DNA of 64,000 nucleotides from Takakia lepidozioides (Eukaryota; Plantae; Bryophyta), in contig CM060733.1 of assembly GCA_030704615.1 (NCBI GenBank), positions 12,524,001 to 12,588,000 of the forward strand. Reading direction: 5' to 3'. Shown here piece by piece: positions 12,876-25,800 of this stretch. How positions within the stretch are numbered: the first letter of the stretch is position 1; each line of letters begins with the position of its first letter. Made by a program: the position numbers and the translations under genes. The notes beneath the pieces were generated by a model. The model ran no database searches, was not told where the DNA came from, and saw nothing but the letters and a program-made list of their open reading frames with translations.

Positions 12876-14615
12876 CATCGTTGGAATGCAAATGCCCATT
12901 ATGTATGAGTGAGGGCATTCCCCTGTATTGCCAAAAGAATTCAAGAAAAAATTACCATTGGCAGTAAAAGAAATCTAGTGGGTGCATTCCACATCGTGGG
13001 AATGCACTTGAGGAAGCTGATGGGGACGTTCCACAAGGCGGAATGCGCTCTGATGAATTCATGTTTTTAAGGGCACAAGAACAAAATGGTTTGGCAGGTC
13101 TTTACACTTTTATATAATCGCCAGCTTAAAAGACCGTTAAGGACTGCACAGCCTCTGATTGCCTTCAGGGGCCCATAATCTTTCCCAAAACTCCTTAATG
13201 TGATGGAATGGGCGCTGCGCCCTTCTGGCTCGCCTGACAGCTTACCCTGCAGAATGGGCAGCGGCTTGCCCATTCCATAATCCCTAAAAGACTGCCTAGA
13301 ATTTCCCTTTGTTAATATCGTTACCTTTTCAGACGGGTCGGTTTCATCCTGACAGGAGGAGGGGACCTTACGTCAGGCGTATGGCCTTACGAAATTCATC
13401 AGTTGACGATTTTAGGGGGCAACGACGGGGGCAGGTTGGTTTTTTTCCTGAAGGGCAGCCTGACTCGGCCCTTCCGCCGTTTTTGAACACGTCAACAAGG
13501 GCGATACTTAAACGGCGGAAGGGTCTCATCAGCTGCCTTCCCCTATATGAAAAGATGGTTCATGCATTTTTCAATGGCAGAAGAGCCTCATGAGCTGCCC
13601 ACCCCCTAAGCTTATATGAGAAGATTATATACAGAGAAGCATATATACATAATAATCCGCATCATCCCCTCCCGTTTCAGCTAGGCAGATCAACTTATAA
13701 GTCTTTTGTAAAGCCACCCGGCCTGGCAATGCAACAGCTGAAAAGCAACAAAAGAGACATTGAAAAATAACAAAATAAACAAAGTACCCAGTGGGACGTT
13801 CCCCGAATGTGCTTTTCCCACCCACCAATATCGCAACTCTGCAGACTTAGAAGGTAGGGACAAATATAATTTCACACCACAACATGAGTGGCAGGAGCCC
13901 AGGGAAAACATATTGGAAAGACCTTACCCCCTGTGTTAGCCGTTCCACTCCGAGCAGGAATGAATCCCAATGCACGTGCATTGGCCATTGAATAATCCAG
14001 CATCATCCTGCATTGGATACTCGAGTTGATAGAAACACAAAACACACAGGGCCAATGGCAAACTTAGACCATCCTCTCCTGGTGGCTTTCATTAGTCTTT
14101 CGAAGTTCTCTGAACACCTAATATGTTGCCTACAGTGGCTACTGTGCTTCTTTGGGCAGGCAAAGTACGCCCACAGATGTTTTGGGGTAGAAGCAAAATC
14201 TCAGCAGACGGGTGACACCAAAACCATTTCGGGGACACCAACTGGACCTGGAGGCAGTTTTGTGACAAAATTGTGCATGGTTCCATGAGTTCCCTTCAAA
14301 TCTGTGATTTCCAAAATGTTGGATCGTCCATGACTACCGTTGAATGGAGATCTGTTAACCCTTTCTAACAGCCACCACAAATAAGTTAAAAGGGGAATGG
14401 AACTTCGACACATTGCTGGACTACAATCAGGCTGGCGAAACGTTAAAAAGGTAGAGCAATTGACAAGAAAGCTGGTTACCCAGATCTACAGAAGGGACTT
14501 CGACATGGCTTCCAATTGGTGTTACTCTTCAACCACAGGATACAGCCGTGTTTAACCTGACTGTTCCAGTTGACCAGATGGTGAAAACCACATGGTTGAA
14601 GGAGTCTGGAGTTAA

Positions 14616-17600
14616 TCAAGAAGAAAGGAAACTAGGATTTACTTCCTGGGTGCCCGTGAGAGAGCCACCATTCTCAGATGGCCCATGCTTAGATAGGCTA
14701 CAAAACTCTCTCTCGACTGACCCCGGTGCAGTCTCATTTGCAGCAATATGCTTCCTGAGAGAACTGCATCCACTTTGCAAAGAGTGCATCAGCTGTCGAT
14801 CATGGCTTGCATTTTGGACTTGTCTGGCTGCCCACTCCTCCATAATGTGTGACATGTTGCCCACCTGTGATGTTTATAGTGGGTCAAGGATCCCAAGCTA
14901 TGTACGACCAAATGATGCACAGTAGTATTTCATGTTCGCTAGTTACATCTGAGATGAAGAAGACGAGTTCAAGCAAGTAAGGCAAACAGAAAACTTGATG
15001 GTAGGAAAGGCTAGTTGCTTCAAAAAATACAGCAGATTATCCCTTTTCCTACTACCATCCAAGCAACAAAATTCACAGTTTCCAGCCTGCTGCGTCTGAA
15101 TGAGTTACCATCTCTTGTCTGCTATCACCAAAGATGTCAATGTCAGACCTACAGAATGAGTGCAAAGAAGGATACAGTAGCAAGCTTCGCTTGAAGGCCC
15201 CGGCTAGTACTGGCGGTTGCATCATACCCTGCCAAAGCTCTGTCTTTGTCTTCCTCCACATCATCTTCTAGGTGGTCTACAAGGTCATCCAACAGAAGGC
15301 TGCAGCCATCTGCTAAGACGACAATCATACTGGACATGCTGCAATACGGTGGCTCAAACCTTGTGGCCACCAGACAACGGCAAATCCTCCCGAGTATACT
15401 CCACAGGGCATTTCGTGCCCCTGGGTCGTCACCAGCGGCCGGTACCAGGGCAAGCAAACGCCCCACCAAAATTGCATCTGTACAGATCAAACAGAACTCA
15501 TCAAAGGACAGTCTCTCTTTAGCGCTATACGTTGTAGTGGTCAAAAACTATTTGGTTCCAGATACTTGAACAAGGTCTAAGAACCTGTCAAGTCTAGAGC
15601 GAACAGGACAACAAAAGAAACTCACCATGTGAGACTTCATGGATGAGGCCTGCTTCTTCTGTGAGAAGATTCGCTATCAACACTGTCGCAGTTATCCCTG
15701 ATGGTCCAATCTGCACAATTGATGTAACGAATTGACACAGGTATGTTGCTACTTTGTTAAGGCCAGAAATGTTAACCAAGTGACATTTTATAGGCTGGTT
15801 GCATGAGCATACAAGTTCTGTCTAGGGGGGAAGAGATGGACTAATATACTGCTCATTGTGAAAGTAGCTTAATGTCACACATCCTTGGGATACAAATAAG
15901 TTCTTCATGGATTCAAAGACTGGATACACAAACGAGAATGTGCAGGGCTAACCAACCTCATCTCTAGCTGAAAGCCGAATGACCTGACAAGCAAGAGAGA
16001 AGAGCTTTTGATTGGCTGCAAGCTGGGAGGCAAAATCATCTGGAAGAGAGAGGGTTTCAGCTATCTGCAGGATGATGTCCAATACCACATCCCTACATAC
16101 CAGAGCAGGAAAACAAACAGCGATCATGTGATGGTCAGATTTGACACATACCAGAATTACTAGGGCTACCAGAAGGATACAGTGCAAGGAACAACAACAC
16201 GACTACTTGAGTCACGAGTCATCTGAATCCAGGGAAATCCTTTTCTTCGCTCTGTAAGGTCTCAATGCACTATCCTCTGAGATTCTGGAAGAGCAAGTGA
16301 GACCCGCTATCAAAGCTCAGAAACTCAATTCACTTGTATAATTGTGCTAGGCCTTTACTACATATCACAGTTGTACACGAGTCAAGCATCACACCCGCAA
16401 GAAGATGTGCCCTCACTGATGGCAGCAACTTCGCAAGCTAAAAGATCTGTCAGAAGCTCTGGCAGCCCAATGCGCAAAAGAGATGGAAGAAGATTTGAGG
16501 CTGCATCCCTGCGACTATCCACCATAGCCAGCAATAACTCTGTACTCTGCAATCCCACCTATAGTGTTCAAAGAAATGCAAGACTCCCTGGACCTAACAT
16601 CCCATGTTGCGTGAGTCTAGAATCAGATAAAGTGATGCACACACAAACCACAGATGATACAGTACATGTTGCTTTCCTACACAAAACGATTTCACTGTCT
16701 CTGTTTGATCAGGTTTTCTCGTACTTGTACTTTGTCCAATGGCCCCCTCACGGATGCTATATATTTTTTCTCCCTCTCTTTCATTCTTCCCTGCTCCCTT
16801 TTATCCTCTTCATGTGACCGGGCACATTCTCACATTGGGCTAGCCAGACCTTTACATTTCATCTTTCTCTCTTTCAGAATGACTAGCAGAGCTGGAATCG
16901 AAGATACTTTTTTTTGGTATGACAATACTGTCAATCGATCAATATCCCATTCCCTGAAATTTGATTGGGTCTGTCGTGCAAAAGTACTATGGTAACTTCA
17001 AGCTCAACTTGGGGTTCCAATGGAAGTTTGCACTGGAGTGTGACCTAGCAGAGAGTGGCCTTCTACGGTAAAGGTATGCTGACCATCCCTTATAAGCAAT
17101 GGTCTTCTCTTGGACACTGGCTTCATCACCATTCACAGTCACATACCAACTTGATTTTCTAACAAACCTCCACCTTAACAGACACATTTGAGAGGCACTT
17201 TACCAACCTTTTCGAGAAGTTGGGCATTCATGGTATTAGCTGCAATCCACATGATGCGCTCCAAAATCTCCTCAGCTTTTAAGGCCACAGCCCATGTGCT
17301 TGCAACGTCACTGTGGAGACCTGCACTCAGCAATCTACACAGAAGAGCAAGAGTATCAAGACCTAACCAGAGAAAGGATGAGACTGTGTCCTGAGAACTA
17401 AGATCATATTCCACACATGAAAACCAACTAACACGTCCATCACCACTTTTGTGCGTTTATTCACAAGATTAGAAACATTTCTTCCTGTACAATTATAAGG
17501 GGAAACAAGCAGAAGCCCTTGTTAAAAACACGTCAAGGAGGACCTTTCAAATGACAAGAATGGGAGTCCTTATGGGATCAGTATTTATTTAAGATGGATT

Positions 17601-20600
17601 GCTTAGGACATGAAAGTTTTTCTTGTGTTCTATCACCTGCATGCTTCAGAGAGACTAGGGGAATCTTCAACAAAGAGCTGCTGCACAATTGTTGGTACTA
17701 GTCCCTCAGCTGCCACCATTGCCTTCTCTGGTCCAGCGTGGCACGCTAAATTTCCCAATATACCTAGGCATATTTCCTGCAAAAGGTAATTGCTGACACA
17801 TAAGAAAATGATACAAGCATAGGCTGTGTAACTTATTAACAACCTGTAGGGTAATATTTGTTCCCTTAGACGGAACACCAGTATATGGACAAGGTCAATA
17901 TGACCAGCCCAAACTTTGATGAATGCTCACACTTTTCATGCTCATCAGCATTAAAGTGTGCTTTGTGTGAAACAAAGAAAGAAATCTAATGTGCCCCTCC
18001 AATGGCCCATGGTCAAAGTGGAACAACAAGTGAGGGAAGAAATTACAACATCCCCGGGACACCAAGATGTCTCAAGGGCCAAAGGGCAGACAGACAGACA
18101 CCCTGAAAAGAGCCATAAAAGAAAGACAATTTGGGACAGCACTAAAAAACAGGCCAGCAACCTGGCATAAGTAAAATAAGTGCATAAGCCTATCAAGGAT
18201 GACAAATCAACCATGCTGCCCCCACAAAATGGAGACAAATAGTACAGCAGCACAACTAGAGACAAATGCCCAAGAGCTCACCCTCATTCGGTCTGTCTGT
18301 GGCACCCCCAGAATGGCCAGCAGCACTTCTAATATATGATTCTCCACCTGTCCACCCCACAAGCATCAATAAATGTGACCCAAAGAAAGCATGCATCTGT
18401 GTCAGCAATCGAGGTCCAGGAGTGTACCTTGCCACTCGGCACGTCGCAGGCACCCAACATCAGAAACAACTCTATTGTCTCTGACCAGTCAGTTGTCATT
18501 GTACTGACAGGATCATTAAGAAGGTCTGACATAGAATCATGTCTCCTGCCTCCATTTACGATGACTACTTTTGCAAGATGTTCTAAGAGTTTCAATACGT
18601 ACATAGAGCTTCTACTGTAAACATTGTAAGAGAGGAATCCTGATATTACTTGGTTGAGAACATATGTTCACCAGACCATGCCTGTCTGTCATTTCAGAAT
18701 GATGGCATTGCAACCCATCACCAGTCTATCGTAGACTCCTCCTCAAGGGAGAAACCCTTGAGCAGTGCGTGTGTAGGTGGCCTACAACACACATGAAAGT
18801 ACATGCAGGTACCTTGGGGCAAAACAAGTTGAGATGCACACCAGACTCGGCTGCACAGTCCAAGCAACGGTCCAGAAAACATAATCATGTAACAAGGAAA
18901 TTTGGCTAGATGACCATTCAAAGACATCTCTAAAGATTCTGGCTGTATATTGCTGAGGTCTATCATTATGCTTGCATCAATATTCCTTTGATCAATGTGT
19001 AGAGGAATGCAAAGAAGAGGGTCGGACTATTAGCTACTAGAATTTTTTTGATAGAGCTGCTCGTTCAGCCTGGTGGCTTTGACTGAACCTTTCTCCAGAA
19101 TGCAAAATCTGATGTTTACTTTTCCATATGAGCCTGCTTACCAAGAATAGAGTAACTTCCCATCATCATAGAAATGAATTGAACTCCACACATCTTCTTT
19201 AAGACGGGCTGTATATTGCTGAGGTCTATCATTATGCTTGCAATAATATTCCTTTCATAATGAGCTACTAGTGGTGGATTTGACTAAACCTTTCTCCAGT
19301 ATTCAAAATCTGATGATTACTCTTCCAGACGAGCCTGCTTACCAAGAACTCAGCATGAGTTTGGGTTGCAGCAAGGTCCCAAAGAACACAGCCGCTTTCT
19401 TCTCTCGGATCCTCATCTCCCCCTGTTTCTTGTACCGCCTCATTCTGAGAATTCCCTTGTACCCCCTCCTTCTGGATTCCACCATCAAGCCTGCCTACCT
19501 CACCATCCCTGTTGCTGGATGCTCTCACACGTTGTAAACTATTGGCTGACAACCTCTCTGATGCTTGGAAGCTTAGGGTATTATAACCAAGTTTACATCC
19601 CCCATTCTGCTCTGGCAACTTCATACATTCCTCCAGCCCTTTTGTATTGGTCGCAGCTTGCTCTTCTTTAGCATCCTCCCTTGAGGTTCCATCAGTTTTG
19701 AATTCATCAACCTGAATGGGAGTAGAATTATCCAGGACGACTGGAGTGCATGTTCTTTCTTCCAGACCCTCCTCTTCTCCACTGGTAGGGTTTTGGACTG
19801 GTTTTGGACCATCAATCTCTCCAAGTAATTTACCATCTATAGCTTGGTAAGAGGGCTGTCTGTCTGAACTTGTTCCACTAACTGGGAGCATCTGCCGTAT
19901 GAGGTGGATGATGTGGCTCGGATCGATGGTGCTAGGCAGATCACATGGCTGCAACCCAAAAAAATGTCAGTCTTATGAATGGCTGATAGCATTTACATCT
20001 TTCTCACACGTACTTAAAGAGTGGCATGCATCTATCTGTATCAGTTCCACAAGAATGAAGAGGTTGGGCACGCAGGATACCAGGAAGGGCTAATATTTGC
20101 TGGAATGTTCTGCTCACCTCACACTCACTAGTCTAGACTTAATATAAATATCTCAGAACGCAAAAAACTGCAATCCAGTCCATTCTGCTACTCACCCCCT
20201 CGTCTGACAATTTATTCCACTGATAGAGAAATTTGTTTTGACCTTAGCTTCTCCATACATGTAACTGTGAAGAAGAGGTTTGCAAATCTTCCAGCCAAAA
20301 GGACGACTCATGTTTCCAGAACTGGTGCTTTCCCCTGTTTAGATATTAATCTTCTAGAAATTAGACTCGCTCCTCTCTTAGTAGCACACTGAACCCTCGT
20401 CACCTGACACAACCCCTCTTTTCGTGACATTGTCGCTATCCCTCTACAAAATTGACTCGCTGCAATAGTTTTAAGGCGTGCTGCTTAGCTTCGCACGAGA
20501 CACTTCAGAAATTCCAATATTATATCACAACAATTTGTCTTCTTGTTTAAAAAGTTGATTTCAGAGACGTTTTTCCATTTCTTTGTGAACACTCTTCTCT

Positions 20601-20890
20601 CCGTATCAATCAGTATTCAAGTTGCTTAATTCAATCACGATATCTACCAACCTACCACTGGCTCACCAATGCAGTTCAACCCTCCTAAGAACATTACCCA
20701 CTAACCTCTCCGTCAGGTAATACAGCTGCATAAGGAAATGATGCAATCTTCTCTCCTTCCCATCCTTACTTGAATGCATCACCCGTACAGCTCTTACCTC
20801 GGATTCCGGCGCCACCGATGGCTCGCAAAGATTAATGGAGTCAGTCTCGGGATTGGACCAGATTGGTTCCTCATCCTCGGTTCGCTCCAT
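14616..20890 (-). CDS. ARM-repeat protein, SAAL1-like (plant At5g22820-type); 10 exons
   Basis: Approximate exons 20890-20798, 19948-19343, 18347-18282, 17776-17637, 17334-17208, 16546-16395, 16092-15957, 15710-15626, 15477-15176, 14864-14616 join in frame through GT-AG introns. Motifs: DLPSTIDPSHIIHLIRQMLP, EESGCVLWDLAATQTHAEFLVENHILEVLLA, EICLGILGNLACH, ILERIMWIAANTMNAQLLEK. Confidence 0.85.
14865..15175 (-). other. U12-type (minor spliceosome) GT-AG intron, last intron of the SAAL1-like gene
   Basis: Donor GTATCCTT; branch site TCCTTGAC (14883-14890) about 19 nt from the AG; no polypyrimidine tract; splicing keeps the frame (AKLAT|VGNMSH). Confidence 0.85.
18940..19348. repeat. Intronic duplication that copies the exon-2 donor site
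   Basis: 18940-18990 matches 19207-19258; 19090-19148 matches 19290-19348, including the reverse complement of CTTG|GTAAGCAGG. Confidence 0.8.
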
Positions 20891-21824
20891 TAGTAGAAGA
20901 CGACCAAGCGAACGCTACTGAAACAGAAGTTTGTTTCGGCTCCCATCATGATCTCAAAACTCGAACTACCAAATCAAACAAAATGAACAGTTTCCTCTTC
21001 AGAACTGAAAGGGGGAGAACCAGATTCAGCTAGGATAGCGGGACAGAATGAAAGAAGGAGCGTGTGAGAACGTCCTCAAAACGTCGTAGTTGTACGTTCT
21101 TTAATAATGAGAGCATGCATGCTCTATGACTCCACAATCCCTTGGGAGAAACCAAGGAAGCGCTTAACGCAGTGAGTACGAGGAAAACGCTGTTGCTCCA
21201 CCATAGCCAAGATCGTTCCCGACATGACTCGGTAATTTATCATTATGAGCTAGGTTGCAGCCAACAATGCAGACGTCCGGCGTTCGATGTAACACTAGTT
21301 CTTCGTTTCTCAAGTTTACGCCGTCGAAACCTTTTTCATTGTTTGGCCGCTGAGCATGATTTATGACATCCAGGATATCCCAACACCTTCTCCACTTATC
21401 TGCACCAAGCTGAACACACTGCTAAGATCAACATAAGCGAAGTTTCTGCAATCTAAGCCCTCTCATAGAACCAAGCGCCAAACTCGCTTGCTGTTTCTTC
21501 AGTCTTTCAAGCAAACCCCCGCCGAAACTCTCACCCCACAGTACGAAAGGCAGAGCCAGCAAGCAGTCCGAGCAAAGAAGCGGGTTCGGGACTCCTGCGA
21601 ACGGCTATCGTAACTTCGGACTTCGGACCCGAACAGCCAGCCGGTTGTCGCTGGGTAGCGACGGGGAATTAGAGCCGGTCAAACCAGCCGCGGCGACCTG
21701 GTCGACAGGTCACTGGAGTATCATTGGCGGGCCCGGGCTGCCAATGGATGAGAAGCCTCTGGAAAGCGCATGCTCATCCAATACCCGACTGCAACCTATT
21801 ACACCCGTATCTGTTTTCAGTCCC

Positions 21825-22125
21825 TTTTGTTTTTGGTCCCTTTTTTTCTGTTTTATTGACTTTTCTGTTGTTTTCCTTTTGTTTTTGTTTTGTGTTTTTT
21901 TGTTTTTTAAAAGAAAGGGAAACACCTGGGAGCGACGGCTCACAAATCAGGCCCCCTTAATAGTGAGAGGAGAAAATAACCTCTTTCATCCATGCGCCAT
22001 GCAGACGAACAAGTGGGACACCGCCCAGGGAAGGGAGGAGAATACCACACCCGTCAAGTAGCAAGATTTGACCCCAGAATCATCTGGTGGCACTCAGTGC
22101 ACTTAACCAACTGAGCTACTGACCG
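21825..22125 (-). mobile_element. tRNA-derived SINE (family B)
   Basis: On the minus strand: head GGTCAGTAGCTCAGTTGGTTAA (A box) ... GGGGTCAAATC (B-box-like), ~140-nt non-tRNA body, then A-rich tail (AAAAAACAAAAAACACAAAAC...). Confidence 0.7.
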
Positions 22126-22188
22126 TTGGTCCTTGTGCTTTTTCCTATTATTTCGGAAGGACTGGCAGGGGTACAGGCCCTTGAGGGG

Positions 22189-22463
22189 AATACTGTAATT
22201 AACACCCTTTCTGAGCCATGAAGCATAAGGGGACAGTCCCAGCACGAAACTACAGGGGATTGAACCCCAGACCCACAGCCAAAAAAACACTAATAATAAG
22301 AGTAAATATGAGAACATAGATGAGGATACTGTAATTAACACCCGTTCTGAGCCATGAAGGATACGGGGACAGTCCCAGCACGAAACTACAGGGGATTGAA
22401 CCCCAGAACCAAAGCCCAAAAAAACACTAATAATAAGAGTAAATATGAGAACATAGATGAGGA
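22189..22463. repeat. ~137-bp direct tandem duplication
   Basis: ATACTGTAATTAACACCC...GAGAACATAGATGAGG occurs twice; each copy has a minus-strand B-box-like GGTTCAATCCC. Confidence 0.9.
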
Positions 22464-22864
22464 TAAAGGCTTCTGGGAAAATATCTGCGGCCAAAATATC
22501 TCGATAGATACATACGTAGGACGTGACCTCGCGCATTTTGTTGGCCAGCGAACGTTACGTTGCCACAGACCGTTGAAGGAACGGAAAAGACTGACGGCCT
22601 CGTTCGTCCGCTCAAGAATAGGTGAGGGCTGCCAAAATTGATGGATGAATGAACGACCGGCATATCTGGTAGCCGTGCATGGCGACTGGTGTCTACCGGT
22701 CATGTATGGCCGCCTTCTCTGTCTCGAGCACCCTTCGTCTCTCGACTATGTGCCGCCATGGCGGTCACAATTCTGAGGTTTATCTTGTTAGCATTGCGTG
22801 AGAGACGTTTGAGGAATACTAAAGAAGAGGAGGGTTAGGGTTGGAGGAGAAAGGGCTCTCCGGG

Positions 22865-25800
22865 ATGGCGCCCGTGGAGCAGCGCCCGATGAAGGTCCTC
22901 AACAAGGGCCCGGGGTCCAAACGCTTTGTGGTATGCTGCTCTCTCCCTCTCTTTCTCCCTCTCGTCCTTTTCATTGGGAGAATTTTCTTTCTATCCTGAG
23001 TGATGTAGAATCTTCAGCTATTGTTTGCCTATTTCTCGAGTAAAGTCCGAAGGGGACTCAACAGATCTCAACAGATCCTTCTGCGAGAAATCGCTAGTTG
23101 TTGAGGTACTGCTAGGGTGCATGCCATAAGCACTTCGCCAGGCGAAGACAAACGATGGGGCAATCGCTAGGCATGTGAATGGACGTCCCTATGTCTCTCT
23201 TTAAACATTTTTTCTTTTTTTCTTTCCTCAAAGTGCGAAATTTCAACCCTACATACCCCCGCACCCTAGGTGACCTTTGGCTTTAAGCCCTTTCCTTAAA
23301 CCCTAAACCCCGGACCCTGATTTTGAGTAACCTCGAAATTGTAGTTCTGGTATACCTCCTGGAGTTTGCATCTATTAGAAATGTCTTTTTGGGTGAGGTA
23401 CGAAAAATGTACCCTTCATTTCCAAGAATCACGAAAGTCATCCATGAAATTTGAGCTGTGTATGAAAGCATGCAGGAATTACAGTGTGTGAATGATGGTG
23501 AGAGACACAGAGAAGCTTTATCCTTAGAAGTTCTGGCACCTAAAAAAGGTTTTCCAAACTTGTTCACAGCAGACCAATATAATTGTGAAATTCTGGTGGG
23601 CTTGGTATGTTCCTGTCAAATGCCTAGGGATGGAGTGCCTCTTGCAGTTAATCTGCTCAGTGCTTCTAGTTCTTACAACTGAAAGGCTTGCTTATCATAA
23701 TTTAAGGCCTCTGATATGATGGCGACTGATCAAAGATTATTATCATGCTAGCAATTACTGGCTAGCAATTGACTACCTTGCAAAGCAAAGGAAGGGAACA
23801 ACCGGAATGCAAAATTCCGTGAGACATATACTGAGAACGTATAACAAGTTCAACCTAGAGGCAGTTTCTAGGCTAAGCAGGTCCAGAGTAACTATTGAAG
23901 CTACTGTACTGAGAGCCAGGAGGGGCGAGGCATCTCCATCATATCCTTGAAAATAAACCAGATAGCTTGAAGGAGAAATCATTGAAGGGGAAAACAGTCA
24001 GTCTGGAAACTGGACTACTGGAAACAGGGCTAGGGTACTGGGAACTGGACTGGCTGTGGTTGATGAACTTGATAACAGGATAGCCACAAGTATGGCTCAA
24101 TGACGCCAATTCTGCTAACTGCATGAGGCATAAAGTTGCTTTACAGTCAGAGAGTATGCTTTTACGGTCCAAGGTGGGGGCTCATGTTCTAAGAATGAAT
24201 GCCGTGCAATGGATTGTCACTTGAGAAGGGAAAATCTTTTGTCTTCACAGCAGTTACCTATTTGGAAGTGCAATGTGCAAAAGTGCCTTGGCTGTGCTGT
24301 GTGAATAATGGAACCCTGGATATAAAAAGCACCTGAAGCACAGAGTGTGGAGATGTCAAGTTCATAGTGTCACTCTGCTTCTTTTTTAAGGGCTTTTGCC
24401 ATGGCAGGTGTTAGGCATCGTCAGGAGGAAATTTGTGCCTTTGACTCAAGAGATCTAAGTACTGACGTCAACATTTTCCTTAATTGATTGTTTGATACAG
24501 TTCAAGAGCTTTTCTCAGCGTGTGGAGGAGGTAGATGTTGATGTGTTTCGCAGCCTTGCACCTATCAAGTTTGAGCCCAGTGCCGGATCTTCCTTCTTCC
24601 ATGAAAACCTAGTTCAATGGAGGGTATGTTGGTCCCATCCAACTTTTCAGCAACAGTTTAAAGCTTTCCTTTCCACTGTCCTCATGGTTTTTTGACTCGC
24701 ATTCTACCAGATGCGAAGCGATCTTTTAGTAACTTACATCCTTGCTTCTCTCCTCCCATTGTTCTCCAACCTTGTGCACTCTTAAGTAGCTTCTGAAGCC
24801 TTCCTGCTGCAAAGCCAATGAAACTCTTTGGAGTACAATACAATGCCTTGGGGTGCAGGAACTCAACAGTGCAGCAGACTTCAACGATATCTATCAGCAG
24901 CTGCTGCCATTGGTACAAACATTGCCACAGCTTCTCTTCCACAAGGCCACTGTGCTGGACTGTTTGCTTTCGCGTGTTCACATGAGCACTGCTCTCTCCC
25001 TGGACCCCATCTTGAGGTAGATTTTCTGGGGAACAAGGGAAACGGAAGGACAGACATTTTTTTGCTTTGAAATGGCAGCTATGAATTGAAAACTCGGACC
25101 AGGTTAATTCTAGGACTTTCGTTCTTATAATTGCATCCAACATTTGTGAGTTGTGCTCAAGTGCTGATTGTTCGTTATTATTGACTATCTGTGTGATGCA
25201 GTCTGATTGCAGTGTTGTCTCGCGATCTACGAGAAGAATTTTTGCCGTAAGTTCTTGTTTCCCACTTTTGTTTCAGCTCTCTTATTAGTTCTTAGGAAAC
25301 TCTGTTAGTCTGGCTATTCATTTACGTGCTCCCCTACAGATGTTTACACCGTCATATTCATCTTTATTGCCCTTGTGCAGACGTTTCGTTATGTGTACCC
25401 CTCTGTCATGAAGGTGCAATAAGTCCTATGGCGTTGTCCCATCCCTGCTTTTATTTTTGAGCCTGAGATCAATGCGAATAGTTGAACCTGGATGTTTATG
25501 TAGGAAATGTGATAATGGACGTTTCTTCCTGTAAGGTCTGGTAGCCCTCTTTTGGTTCGCTCACCTACGAGGATCCTTTTCCCGCTGGCTGGTGGTACTC
25601 ATGCATCGAGCACGCACAGTTAATGGGTCTGTCTGCTCTGAGGTCCCTGCTGCTTAGCCTAAGAAGGTTACTGCACTCCCAAAATCTTACCTTGCCAGAA
25701 GACATCACGAACCTTACTCTTTCAAGGGTCTTCGTCTGAGCCTGGGCAGGTTTATCACCTAATACCTCGGCGGGGATATAATCCATTACGGGACGTGGAT

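Noticed and set aside
22053-22125. Functional tRNA gene
   Set aside because: Anticodon and T stems do not pair properly, and a body plus A-rich tail follow, which fits a SINE
25094-25111. miR166-like sequence TCGGACCAGGTTAATTC
   Set aside because: Only the first 10 nt match and no complementary arm is evident
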